This document shows, in pieces, positions 1 through 13,471 of a stretch of DNA of 64,000 bases (the first letter of the stretch is position 1; each line of letters begins with the position of its first letter). Source of the DNA: the human T2T-CHM13v2.0 reference genome, Homo sapiens; assembly GCF_009914755.1 (NCBI RefSeq), contig NC_060938.1, one strand, 5' to 3'. The notes beneath the pieces were generated by a model that made no database searches, was not told where the DNA came from, and saw only the letters and a program-made list of their open reading frames with translations. Both the position numbers and the translations under genes were made by a program.

Positions 1-94
1 CCAAAGTAGATGCTTTTCTAAATATTTATTGACTAAACAACCATCCTCCATGTGGGATGGAAGGTGATACTACAGTAAAAAGTGGTAAATTAAC

Positions 95-288
95 CGGGTC
101 CTGGATTTGGAGTCAGAAGTTCTGGATTTAAATCCCAACTCAGCATGTTACTTATTAGTTGTATGGTCCTGGGGAAATCACTTAAATGCTAGACATCTCA
201 GTTTCTTTATCTGTAAATGAGAACAATGAAGGTAGTTTTTAAAATTCAATTCTCACAGGGTGGCTTTGAGAACTCAATAAGATAATAT
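95..288 (+). mobile_element. MIR SINE fragment
   Basis: MIR core-like ggagtcagaagttctggatttaaatccc...ctcagtttctttatctgtaaatg; boundaries approximate. Confidence 0.75.
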
Positions 289-289
289 T

Positions 290-700
290 GCCTTGGGTCA
301 GGTTCCCCAGAAGCAGGGTCTAAGATGGGGATTCATAGACAAGTGATTTACTAAGAAATGCTCTCAGAAGAAACAGGCAAGGAAGTGGGGAAAGTAGAAC
401 AGAGCAGAAAAAAAAAAAAAAGCCAAAGAAAGGCACAATTTCAGGCCAAGCCCCTTGGAGAGTTACCTCCACCTGCATCCACAGGGAAATTCTGGAGTAT
501 AAATTATGCCTGAGTTTGTCCCAGCTCCACACCTGTCAGTCATTGGCTAAGGGCTGTCTCGAAGACCATAAATTTCCAGGTATTGACAACTTTGTGTGTT
601 TGAGCAGAGGGGCTCTAGTGACTGGGGGCAGTCTTCCCGAGGAGGCAGGGGCAGGCTGATGGAAGCAAAAGAACTCCAAAGGTGAAGTCCACAGTTTTAG
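290..700 (-). mobile_element. ERVL-class solo LTR (LTR33-like)
   Basis: gggtcaggttccccagaagcagggtctaagatggggattc...gtgatttactaag resembles the reverse complement of the LTR33/LTR16 3' end; a related copy lies at ~36915. Confidence 0.55.
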
Positions 701-2850
701 TAAAAAGGAGTCAAGAGTGGGTCTGTGCCTGGCACACAGTAGGTGCTGGATTTGAATCTGCCTGTAGGCCAAAGGTGCACCATGCATTTCGGGCAGCAAG
801 ACAGAAGAGCCTATGCAACTAAATATACAGAAGCCTGAAAAGTTTTCTGAATTATTGGCTTTGTCCAAAAGCTGAGTGTTCAATGCCCTGAACAGAGCCT
901 TGAAGCAGCTTCCTGGGAAATGATCAATATTTTCATCCTCATTGCTAGTCAGGCTGTGGGTAAGAAACCAAGGTGAAGCTGACATTAAAATAATGAACAG
1001 GAAGTAATTCAGGGAAGATAAACTCAATTCTTCTTGAACCTTGGGAGATTTTTGGCAGAAGATGGAAAGGGTTCAGGAGTGGGTTCCAGCCACATTAATA
1101 GACAAATCCCCAAGAGTTGAATCCTGGAATAAGTTTCATAAATCACCAGTAAAGGTATCTCTTACCACACCCTGAGGCCAAACCAGCTTCAACCAACATC
1201 TACAAAGGGAGCATCAGGCAGCCCCCAGTGAACATCTCATTAGCTAGATAGTCAGGGGCTTTGTATAGGGCATTTAACCTTTAATGGACTGGAGGGGCTA
1301 AAACTCCAAAACTGAGAGAAGCTTAGACGTAACTTATTATTTCATCAGTCTCTAAAATCAGGACGTCCCAATAACTGGGGACCTTTCCACTTTATCTCCC
1401 ATGGGGCATTAAATTTGGGAATTTAGTGGGTTGATGAAAATTTGACTCCTACTGTGTGAATGATGGCTCTCAAAGCACTTTAGTTGTTTCTTCTGCCAGG
1501 TAAAGAGAAAACAACACCCAAAATAGTTGTCATGGGGAAGAAGAAAGAGGAAAAAGCTACAAACAGAACTCTGAAGCTCCACTTACAGCCCCCCACCCCC
1601 ACCCCATTTTAATTCCAACGAATATTGGTTGAGCTGTCAGCCCAGGCGGGACTCCCTGTTACCTCCAGGGGGCAAATGAAAGTGAGTCAGGTGGCCCCAG
1701 CACTCATCCTGCAGTGGAGTGGTCTCAGGAAAGTATGCTGATATTGAAGGCAAAGATGAGGATTATTTCAAGAATCAAGGGTGGCTCTGAGAGACAAGTG
1801 CCAGAACTGAGGGAGAGGGTAAGGATGAAGAAAGCCAGATGGGTCTTGGGTAGGGGCAGAAGTCAGGGATGGTGATGATACAGAAGTGGCACAGACGGCT
1901 TAGAAGAAGCTATTTTTCTCCCTCTCAACATTCTCATCTTCAACCACCAAAAGAAACATCTGCCCCAAAAGAAACATCCCCTCACTCAGTGCTTCCTGAG
2001 GCAGGAGACAAGGTGAGTCTTAACTAAGGGGCAAAACCACAGCCCAAGCCTCTACAGATTAGCAAAATGAGGGCCCGCAGTACATGCGGATGAGGGATTA
2101 GGTTTCTATGCAAATGAAATGGAGAGATTGAAAAATCAGTTGAAACAAAGGCTACTTCAAGAATCAAGTTTTAAAAGGAGGGGAAGCAGAAGCAGTGACG
2201 AGCATACATCTACGTTTCCTCAGGACAGTCTTGGTTTTGCCAGCTGTCTTGGCTTCATTACTACCAATGCCTCCTTTACTCTCAACAGTGTCCCAGTTTG
2301 GACAGTAAATTAGATGGTCACAATAAAGGAAATGGGATCTACTGCATAGAAGGGACAGTAGTTCGTCTTGATAGGATCTCTTCTTTCCTCAGAAGAAAGA
2401 AAAAGAAAAAAATGGAGATTTATAAGTGAGAAGTTAACTCAAATAATCAAACAAGCAGATTATCAACAGAAGGTGCTGGGTTAGATTATTTCTAAGGCCT
2501 CTTCCAGCTCCTAAAATTCTATGATTCCATGATTTTTTCCCAAAAATAAGGGAAGACAGAAATGTTGGGAGTTTAAGTGGATTGGTTGCTTGGCAAAGAG
2601 TTACCATGAGATCATTATCTTCCGATATTCTCTACCTAGTGTCTCATCAGCAGGCTTCCCTAACAGCTGGGAAAACCCTAACTGAAAGAGCTTTAATTTC
2701 TAAGAAACAACTTGGCACCTAGTTAAGTGTACAGAAAGTTGTGTGAAAATAGAATGAGAGGAAGTGATCTTCAAGGAGTTTAAAAAATGGAGGCCAAACA
2801 AGAACTGGCTGGCATGTTTGCAGCACTGTCCAAAAGATAATGTGTCGTTT

Positions 2851-3652
2851 ATGTGCAGCCAACAAACATATGGAAAAAAAAGCTCAACATCACTGATCAT
2901 TAGAGAAATGCAAATCAAAACCACATTGTGATATCATCTCATGCCAGTCGAATGGCAATTATTAAAAAGGCAAGAAACAACAGACGCTGGCAAGGTTGCA
3001 AAGAAATAGGTACGCTTTTACGCTGTTGGTGGGAATGTAAATTCCTTCAACCATTGTGGAAGACAGTGTGGTGATTCCTCAAAGATTTAGAACTGGAAAT
3101 ACCATTTGACCCAGCAATCCCATTACGGGGTATATACCCAAAGGAATATAAACCATTCTATTGTAAAGATACATGTATGCGAATGTTCATTGCAGCACTA
3201 TTCACAATAGCAAAGATGTGAAATCAACCCAAATGCCCATTAATGATAGACTGGACAAAGAAAATGTGTTTCATATACACTAGGGAATACTATGTCGCTA
3301 TGAAAAGGAATGAGATCATGTCCTTTGCAGGGACATGGGTGAAGCTGGGCGCCATTATTCTCAGCAAACTAATGCAGGAACAGAAAACTAAACACTGCAT
3401 GTTCTCACTTATAAGTGGGAGCTGAACAATGAGAACACATGGACACAGGGAGGGGAACAATGCATACTGGGCATGTCAGGGAAGAGCAGGCAGTGGAGAA
3501 AGCATTAGGGAAAAGAGCTAATGCATGCAGGGCTTAATACCTAGGTGATGGGTTGATAGGTGCAGCAAACCACCATGGCACATGTTTACCTATGAAACAA
3601 ACCTGCACATCCTGCACATGTATCCCAGAACTTAAAAAAATAATAAAAATAA
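2851..3652 (+). mobile_element. 5'-truncated L1 (older L1PA, about L1PA10-13): ORF2 end, 3'UTR and polyA
   Basis: L1 ORF2 C-terminal and 3'UTR sequence; ORF 3243-3425 MIDWTKKM; TSD ataatgtgtc at 2837-2846 and 3653-3662. Confidence 0.9.
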
Positions 3653-4096
3653 ATAATGTGTCCTTTTTATGAGCTTGTACTTAACAAACAACTTTTAAAA
3701 TTATAATTTGTAAATGTGTCTATGAAGGGAAAAGGTACCAACCAGCCAAATCAATATTTACACACACACAAACATACACTCACCACTGCTCCACTGCAAT
3801 AATTACATTTTCTTATTATAAACAAGAAACTGGGTTTTTGGGTTTTTTTTTTTTTTAATCTTATACATCAATCTCACATGAGTTTGTTTAGTGTAAGTCA
3901 GTCCCCTGAGTCTGGACATCTCAGGCTAATTCATGTGTCTGAAACCACAAAGCTTAAAAGCTGACACCACCTAGGCAAGTCTCCATGGGGCCCTGAGTGA
4001 GCTGTTTGCCTCTTCCTCTTTTTGGTAACTTTGGTCTATTCTTTCTTCAACATTATTCCCCAGGAACTCTGAACAGCTCTGGAGCCCCTGGAGCCC

Positions 4097-4408
4097 TTTT
4101 TCTTTTTTCCTTTTTTTTTTGAGATGGAGTCTCACTCTGTTGCCCAGGCTGGAGTGCAGTGGCACGATCTCCACTCACTGCAACCTCCACCTCCTGGTTC
4201 AAGTGATTCTCCTGCCTCAGCCTCCGGAGTAGCTGGGATTACAGGTGCGTGCCACCACGCCCAGCTAATTTTTGTATTTTTAGTAGATACAGGGTTCCAC
4301 CATGTTGGCCAGGCTGGTCTCAAACTCCTGACCTCAAGTGATCTGCCTGCCTTGGCCTCCCGAAGTGTGAAGTGCTGGGATTACAGGCATAAGCTACTGC
4401 GCCCTGCC
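4097..4408 (-). mobile_element. AluS
   Basis: Full dimeric antisense Alu with poly-T at the left end. Confidence 0.95.
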
Positions 4409-6059
4409 TGGGATCCGTTTTCTGCCGGTAAGGACTTAGCAACTCAAGGGGTAGCTGTGGTAGGACTGGAGTTCCAATTCCTCCTTTCTTCATCCTCCAA
4501 GCATTACTGAACCTATCAACCTGGGACTGTCCATCTGCGTAGTCTCAGTCCCCACCTAATTCCCTTCTCTCTGGGACTGACTTTCTGGAGTGTACAGACT
4601 GGCCACTTTACCCTCCCAGATGCCTTTTTATTTAAGGAGCCTCCTCACTCAAGTAGAAGGTTTCGTTAAAACAGTATGTTTTTTTTTTTTCTTAATTTCT
4701 TATCTTTGCCAAACCCCCCTGACTTAGCAAATGTTATCTTCTGCTAATCTCCAATCCAAGCCAGGCAGACATGGCCAACACTTTGTTCCCACCATTGTTT
4801 GGGTCCCTCTCATGCAGTGTTCTTCCTCCTCCTTCCAGGCCCAGGCTGAGCCCCCCTGATTTCACACTGCCTTCTCCATGGACTGGTCCCCATTTATAAT
4901 CCCTGAGAGTTCTCACATCCAGCACTTGCTCATACTCCACCAGTGAGACAGGCTGGAACAAGGAATGTGGGCATGGCTGGGGAGCCTGCAGCCCAGGTCA
5001 TAATCTAATAGGAGCTGTGTCATCTGCTCAAGGCCACTCAGCCAACCAATAGCCATCTTAGATTTTTAGGCATGCAGAAAATGATGTTTTAAGAAGGAAA
5101 AGAACAGTTTCAATAGTACGCTGGCGTAGGATGCTGTCAGTGCAGAAAGCAGGCAGGAAATGCCTGCTCGTTAGTATGCCTCTGCGTGGCTGCATCTTTC
5201 AAGCTTGATTAATACTTAATGTGATTGTCTTTAAAATCTGTCACTATTTGGCAGTGATCAGATGAGTGCCAGTGACAGAAGCACAAATATTTGTATTAGG
5301 GCTATGTCATCTGCTAGGGTTATATGATTAATAAGTTTTGCCTGGTCACCCACAGAGATTTTGTTTTCCAATTTACCCAGCAGTAGTATTAACCAAAAAT
5401 GCTGAATGTAGTGTGGAGAAAAAGGGAGAGGAAGGGCAGGTTGTTCATAGCTTTGGGGTTTTTCCTTTAATTATTGAAAGGGTAGTCCGTTGCTTAAAGG
5501 GACTGGCTGACAAATTTTAAAGTCCTCAAAAGCCTGCTGCAATCGGAGCAGATGCTCTTGAAACCTGAATTCCATCAAGTCTGAAGAGAGGAGAGTGTGC
5601 CAAACAAATGCTTTAAAATTAAAAAAGGGGAAGGGTGGGCACAGAGAGAGACAGAGATTTTGCTGGAGGGAGAAAATAATAGGCTTTTTTTTTAATTTCA
5701 GAGGAAATGCACACAAAGTACCAGATGCTATAACTTTAACAATTCAAATACAGCCACACTAAATATTTCGAAGCAAGAAAAAACATTCTGAAAGGAGACA
5801 GAGAGAGGAGTGGCCAGACTACAGCCACACTGTGAACAGGTATGTAATGATTACCAAACCCTAAATGCTCAGACTCGGCCTTTAGCTCCTCAGTGGTCTC
5901 TAGGTGGTTACATGGGACACTATGTTCTAGTATTTCTGATTTCATGTGAGAAGAATGGTCTACAAGTATCTCTCCAGGGTCCTATGTGATCAAGCTAACT
6001 ATTCAGGATTGTCGTGTCCTGGAGGGTGAGGGGGAGGTGGGGAGGGATTGTGGTACCAG

Positions 6060-6240
6060 AATACGGGTTTTAGTAGCTCAGCCCTGGCTTTGAATCCTAA
6101 CTCTGTTACTAAGTATGTGATCTTGGACAAGTTATTTAATCTCTCTAGATTTTAGTTTTCTCATCTGCAAAACAAAGGCAATACTCACCTTGGGGGTTGT
6201 TTTGAGGGGTAAATAATCTGTAACGTGAAAAACAGTAGCA
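6060..6240 (+). mobile_element. MIR fragment
   Basis: ttgaatcctaactctg...tgtgatcttggacaagttatttaatctct...ctcatctgcaaaa. Confidence 0.7.
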
Positions 6241-7231
6241 GTTATTCCTGGAGACCCATACCTTCCAAATCTCTTATTTCCAACCTCCTCCCCTTCCTTT
6301 CTCTTCTTCTCCCTGCCTCCCACCTTCTCCTGAAGAATTAATTTCCAGCCACCCTAGCAATATCAGCCCATCAGGTCCTGACTGCATATTCATCTCCACA
6401 ACACACATTTCATCTTTCAAGAAGTATTAGTACAAAGACATTGATCCAAACAAAGGAAAACAGCAGTCCCTACAGGATACCATACTAACAGAAGGTGTCC
6501 AGCTCAATTGTCAGTATGCTATTACCATCATCATCATTAATTAGGTGCCTGCTGTGTGCTAGTTTTGTGAAAGATGACTAGCCAACTGTGTCCTGTAAGA
6601 TAAGACCCAATAAATTGCTGGCAAGGCCAAATTACTCTGTGCCAGAAGCCAAATACCATACAGGGTAGTGAGTGGAGAAAGGAGAAACTGACAGAGAAGA
6701 GAGGTTTGCGGTCAATGGCCAACTCTGAAAGCTGACAATTGCATGAAAGGAAGTAAACCATGGGTAAGGGGGTATGTCTGCAGCATTGAGATAGCCAATG
6801 ACAGGCCCACAAAGAAATCATACCCACAAGGCCTCATTAATCCTATCCTCTAACAAACCGTGGGGTTGAACATATTCTATGAGTCCTGCTCATAGTGCTG
6901 GAGATTCAAAGACGAGCAAGTCAGACCCAGCCAATTCCAGTCTTCAAGGTGCAAATTAGCAGGAGAGAACCAGAGGAAACAGACCTTCTCAGCAGAATGC
7001 TGAAAGTTTGCCCATAGGCACTTCCCCAGCCAAGAGAGGAAGAGTGACCAGTGCTTCCAGGAACATATCTGAACTGAGCCTAGAAGTATAAGTAGGAGTT
7101 GAAGGACTATGATCAGCTAATTGACTAAAAATTTGTGTTTCCATGTAACTTTCCAAAAAGCACATAGATGAAAAGAAGAGCACTGGCTGATTGAACCAGT
7201 GAATAAATTGAGGATCGAAACCCAGAAAATA

Positions 7232-7520
7232 GGCCAAGTGGGGTGGCTCATGCCTGTAATCTCAAGCACTTTGGGAGGCTGAGGTGAGAAAATCCCTTAA
7301 GCCCAAGAGTTCAAGACTAGCCTAGGTAACATATTGAGACTACAATTTTTTTTTTCAATTAGTTGGGTGTGGTGGCTCACACCTGTGGTCCCAGCTACTC
7401 AGGAGGCTAAGGTGGGAGGATTGCTTGAGCCCAGGAGTTCAAGGCTGCACTGAGCCATAATTATACCACTGCACTCCAGCCTGGGCGGCAGAGCAAGACC
7501 TTGTCTCAAAAAAAAAAAAA
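7232..7520 (+). mobile_element. AluJ
   Basis: Dimeric Alu with J-type ggaggattgcttgagcccaggagttcaaggctgca and polyA. Confidence 0.9.
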
Positions 7521-7539
7521 TTAAAGAATATAAAAAGGC

Positions 7540-7860
<321 letters not shown>

Positions 7861-8289
7861 TCAACCTCTAAATAATTAATTTGGAATTACACTAAGTCTA
7901 AAAGCCAAAATCTTGGCATCTGATTCATAGCTTGTCAGCCAAATCCCTGAGAAACAGGAAATAAAACATTTAAAACTTCTTGAACCCTCTGACCCTTATC
8001 TGTAAAATGGGATGTCAACAGATCACCTACTAATTATAGAAAACACTTTCATCATTAATTAATGCAGAAATCCCTTCTAAATGTGAACACATGCTATTTT
8101 GAAACTTCTAAATCTAATTTAAGCCTTTGTCTAAGTATCAATTAACAGAGCTTTATTACCCCAATGAGAGAGAAACTGAGTCACAAGAGTAGTATAGTCT
8201 ATCCACACTGGTACTGCTGAAGCCCAGAGTAATTATCAAATCATCTACCCATCCATCTATACTCCCAGTGAACCTGCAGCGTCTGCCCT

Positions 8290-9085
8290 GGACCTTCTTC
8301 TCCACTCTATCCTCTTCCTGGTGACCTCACTCCTCCTGTAAAAGTGCTGAGAGCTTCCACATCTCTACCTGTAGCCTTGACCTCTTGTATAAGCTCCCTT
8401 CCCACTCATCCAACTGCCTCCTGAACATTTATTCATTGGATGTCCCAGCTGAAATGTCCAAGCTGTAACCATTATTTTCCCTTGGCAACCCTGACCTTTT
8501 TCTGGGTTTCTTAGTCTGAGGAATGGGAGCACCATCTCTTTGACTCCTCTAGCCAGAACTGAGTTATCATTCACTCCTCCCATTTCTCACCCATCAATCA
8601 CCCAGGCCAATAGACATCATCTCCTAACGAGCTGTCAAACCTCCCACACCTCTCTGTCCCATTGATCTTTTCTAAAATAGTCTTCCTCTCTTCTAATACA
8701 CTGTGTAGCCAGAGTAATCTTCTAAAAATCTAAATCGTAGTCACTCTTGCTTAAAACCCTTCATCGTTTTCCATTGTCTATTGTTTAAAGTTCAAAACCT
8801 TAATGTGGCTTACAGGGCCCATCAGGACTTGGCCCTGTCTACATATCCAGTTTCATCTCTCACCTCTTCTCTCCTCTGTGTCCCAGCTATGCTGAATTCT
8901 TTCTTTTCTGTTAATGCACTGTACCCTCTCTTACTACTGGGCCCTCATAAATACAGTTCTTTTGCTTGCAATACTCCCACTTCTTCGCTTGACTGGCTTC
9001 TGCTTTTTTTTCAAGCCATCTTCTAAAAACTCTTCTCTGATCCACTGAATAAAGCTTGTCCGCCCTGCAATGTGTTCCCAATTCT
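8290..9085 (+). mobile_element. L2 LINE fragments
   Basis: Pyrimidine-rich L2-like motifs (agccagagtaatcttctaaaa, tcactcttgcttaaaacccttc); highly diverged. Confidence 0.6.
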
Positions 9086-9164
9086 ATTTCTATTAGTCAG
9101 GACAGTATGGGCTATGCTCTAGCAACAATAAACCCCAAAATATTAGCAACTTAACACAATTACA

Positions 9165-9632
9165 TTTTATTTTTTAACAATTAAGTTGGAAATAATTTCA
9201 AACATACAGAAAGTTGCAAAACTAAAAAATAGTACGAGGAATACCCACATATCCTTTGCCCAGGTTTGCCTATTGTTAACATTTTACCCCTTTGCAGGAG
9301 TATTTAAAGGTAAACTATATAATTATGGTCATTTGCCCCTAAATACTTCAGTGTACGTTTCCTAAGACTAGAGAGGTCTTTCACATAGCTATAGTACAAT
9401 TATTATCTTCACAGGCTAATTTTGATGCAATACTTTAAAAAAATCTAACCTGACATCCATATTCCAATTTTGTCATCTGATCTAATTATGTCATTTGTAA
9501 CATTTTCTCCCTTCCAGTACAGGATCCAGTCTGGGGACAGCTATTGCAGTTAGTTGTCAAGTCTCTTTAGCTGCCTTTAATCTAGAGCATTGCCACAATC
9601 TTTCTTTACCTTTTATGACATTGACATTTAAA
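9165..9632 (-). mobile_element. Old L1 (L1MC-like) 3' fragment within an MLT1-like LTR remnant
   Basis: ggaaataatttcaaacatacagaaagttgcaaaa...attgttaacattttacc is typical of L1MC 3' ends. Confidence 0.6.
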
Positions 9633-9884
9633 GCTTATCCTCACTCTTATTACAGTCTGAGGCAGAGTGGACAGCCTTCCTTGATCGTATATCTATGCTG
9701 TCATTAATGAGTCCTGACCACACTCCAGGCAGTATACTAGGTGCTGAGGAGATGGCAGTGACCAAGTCAGGTCTTACCACAACAAAGCTGAAAATCTACC
9801 AATGTGACAACTAGTTAGGTACACATTTGCAATAGGATGTGATACATTTCACTATAGAGGAAGTGTAGGAAGCATGGTAGAGAC

Positions 9885-10200
9885 TGTTGCCACTCACTGT
9901 TCTATTTGCTTTGCCTCATTTCCCAGCCCCCTTGAATCTAGATACGGTCATGTGATTAATTTTCACCAATGGCATGTGAGTGGAAGTGGTGTGCCACTTT
10001 TGTCCAGGGTATACTTTCTCCATGCTCACTCTTAGCTCACCTTGATGACTTTGGAGACCACACATTCCAGAGAGCATGGACACAACATCCAGAAGGGCTC
10101 TCCAACTGTACTGTCAATTGTTGAATGAATAAAGTTTGCTCAGTTTACATATTGTGTCAATATCACACACCCTTAAGCATCCTAATAGCATCAGTCTAAT
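9885..10200 (+). mobile_element. MLT1 (MaLR) LTR remnant
   Basis: catttcccagcccccttg...ggtcatgtgatt...ccaatggcatgtgagtggaagtg. Confidence 0.55.
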
Positions 10201-11559
10201 CCTAGAATGTTCAGAATGAAGTCTACACATTGTGTATGGTCGGTCAGAGTTTTCCCTAAACTCTCAGGTTCCAATCAATGCTAGAAACAAGATGCAAGCC
10301 TTAAATAAAGCCAAGAAGTAGTTCATAACTATCTAGTTGTAGTTTGAAAATTATCTCTAGAATAGCTAGAAATTCTGAGATGCCCACCCACTACTGGGTA
10401 AGATATGTAAATCTGGAGCATTTCCATTGAAGGAAAGATTCCATTTAAGTCACATAAATATTGGTCTGATCTCCAAGCAGTCTCTCTGGAGCCTTTAACC
10501 GTTTATTAAAGAAGAGTATCTGTCCCTCCTGTAAGACCTTGCATGGGACTACTGTATATGTGGAGGTTATTAAGACTAATATGTAAAACCTTAAAAACCT
10601 ACAGCTCATAGCTATAGAGATTCACCCAACATCACAAAACTGGCAAATGGCAATGCCAACATTGGAGCTGAGAATTTGGATTTCTTTGCTCATGTTCTCC
10701 TTCCCTAGTAACCTGGTCAGGTCCCAGCTGTATTGAGGTGTCCCTGCCTCTGTTGAGCTATCCTGTCTCACCATGCAAATTCACCTTTCAGTCAACATCC
10801 TAGGCTTAGGCTTAGAAATCTCTCATTGTATTTGTGATTGGCCATTTCCATGTCTGTTTCTCACATATATCTCTGAGAGAGGGGTGTCTGTTGTCTTCAC
10901 CTTCATCTTCCCCAAGCTGGCATGTTAATTGGCCAGAGTGGTTACAGATCTGATGGGATAAGTTCCAAGGCTCTTGCATAGTTCTGTACTTTCCTAACAG
11001 AAACCTCAGCTTTGAACTGCCCCTGAAATTGGAGCTGAGACATCTAAGTGGATGTGATATGGCAGGCAAAGGCTAAGGAAATATATGCATCATTCCGGCT
11101 TCCGTAATAGTGGCTTTCATCATATTTCTTCCCTTTAACACAGCACAGTTAGCTCTTTTGTAAAGGCTTTACCTTGAACATCTCTCACTAATTAAGCCCA
11201 TTTCTTCCCTGGCAGTCTCTTTGTACTGCAAATGGGATTCAGTTCTGGCTGCTGTGTGATTTGCAGCCACATGAGTTACAAAGGTGCAGGGTGCCCGGAG
11301 AGCACTCTAAGAGGGTAGGAGAGGGGGAGAAAGGAGTGATAAATGATTTATTTGTTCTAAGTAAAAATTATATATCCCCTCTTGGACTTTCTTACTAGGT
11401 ACTGAAGTATTTTATTACCAACCCCTGAAAAGAGACAGAAATGAGTATTAGACGTGTAGAAAAGCTCCTCTACAGAATTAGTATATTTGGCAAATGATGT
11501 GAAACAGTGCCTTTTTTTCAGCCTTGTATTTTCTTAATAGCCAAAATGCATATGAATTA

Positions 11560-12000
11560 TTTTATCCCAGGCATTACTTTAAGTACTTAATGTATATTAA
11601 TTATTTACATTTTTATATCAACCTTATTAAGTAGATGCCATTATTATGCCTACTTTACAGATAGGGAAATTGAGGTACAGGGAAATTGAGTATAGCTGCA
11701 TCTCATAACACCAAATGCAGAGCTAGGATTTGAACTCAGCAGTTTGACTTCAGAGTCATTGTGCTTACTCACTACATCAAGTCCTCCCACAGAAAAAGGA
11801 AAATGTCACTAAATTTTCTTACTTAGTGTTTTACTTTGAACAAAGTGCTTAAACTCAGTCTCCATTTCCTCACCTGGACAATGAAGCTAATAGTATCTAC
11901 CTTGCAGGTTAGACCGAAGGATACGTGGCAATGTCTGTAATGTGCCTACTAAGGAATCCATAGCATGTACTCCATAACAGTAATTATTATCTTTGTCATT
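11560..12000. mobile_element. Two MIR fragments (minus, then plus)
   Basis: tttacagatagggaaattgagg...ggatttgaactcagc and cagtctccatttcctcacctggacaatg. Confidence 0.6.
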
Positions 12001-13471
12001 CTTTATATATCAAGAGGGGCTCCACAACAACTTCATATGTATGCAGAACCATCATGCAAAAATTTTCTTATTTAAACCCTAGGCCAGAGACATAAAATAA
12101 ATATCAATATTTACATTTTTCAGTAATTCTAACCTCAAATAGACAAATGTCATGGATCAAAGTACTTAGGAGACATTTCCTGAAATCTTCATCTCTCTCT
12201 CACTGCAGCTCATCGGATTTTAGTTAGTTCCCAGGACAAATTTCATCCTGAGGGACCCTTGCATAGCCAAGTCAACTCCAGGCCTTTTGGGCTCCTTCTG
12301 TGTTGGTTCAGCACCTGCCCAGAATATACCTATTTGCAGAGTTCAGCCTAGAACCCCCAGCCTCCTAAGAGCTCTCCCGATTGGGTGTGGCCTTTGTCAA
12401 ACCTCTTGGAGAAGCACCAGATTGAAAGAGCTCCCCTGGGAAGAAGAGGAAGAACCGAGGGTAAGGAAAGAAAACATAAATTCCCAAGGTCCTCAGAATT
12501 TCCCTGACCCAGGTTACAACAAGCAGGGGGCTAGTCAAGCTCAAAAGTGCCTTTCAGCCCCCATTCAAACTTCTTTTATTGAAGAAAGAAGCCATAAATC
12601 ACACAGCTTCCTGCCAGGGCCTTGTGACCACAACATGCTTCTAGCCCAAGAATGGAAGCCCAAACAAAACGCAGGTGGAGAGAAGGAAGACTAAAAGAAA
12701 GTGTACGCCCCTTGGAAGCCCAGCCACATGTAGTCCATCATCACTGGAGAATAGTCGAAGAGGGTCAGACAAGGCTGGCTGTCTTGCCTGGATCCACGGA
12801 GGCAAAGAAGGAGCCTCAGAAGTTTCCAAGGGCCACACTCTTTCAACATGCGGTATCAATAAGAGACACCAAAGCTGGAGCTTTGAGAATGAAGTGGAAA
12901 GGGGTAATCCTGATGTGTAATTTTATCAGAATAGGATGAAAACTGTCACTAGAAAAAAGAAGATTGCTTATGAAAGGGCATCAGCCTTTCTCGTCTACCC
13001 AGAAGGGTAAAAGGAAATGTATGTGCTCAGTTGCTGAACTTTGCTTGAAAAGCAAAGAAAAATCTACTAACCGGGAGAACAAATGGTACCTCTGCTCAGG
13101 GTGAGGATTTGTGGTCAAATTAAAACTTCAATTTGAAGAAATTATTGTTAAAATCTCCAGACATGAAATTAATATAATTAGATATAGCCCCTGAACTTAA
13201 ATCTCTCAGCAAGCTAACCAGCAGAAAAAAAGCAGCTAGACTGGACCTCATTAAAACTAAGTGAATAAATGCCAGCTTCCAAAAGAATGCCAACAAGAAA
13301 AAAAAAAAAAACTGGATGTGTAAGGTGAGGAAGGGGCAGAAGCCAAGTGACGGAGCACAAAGCACTCTAAATTGGGTGTCAAGAAGCCTGGGTTTATGTC
13401 CTGCCAACAAAGGTAACTGGTTTCCTACCATAAATTTTAAATCATTATAACTAGGCTCAAACATATCTTTA

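Noticed and set aside
4124-4510. 128-aa ORF and similar ORFs at 43079, 44602 and 51995
   Set aside because: Typical Alu-derived translations.
6024-6046. G-quadruplex motif gggtgagggggaggtggggaggg
   Set aside because: A common motif with no promoter or other supporting context.
12287-12939. Cluster of overlapping ORFs in unique sequence
   Set aside because: No recognisable domain or splice structure; lengths are within chance expectation.
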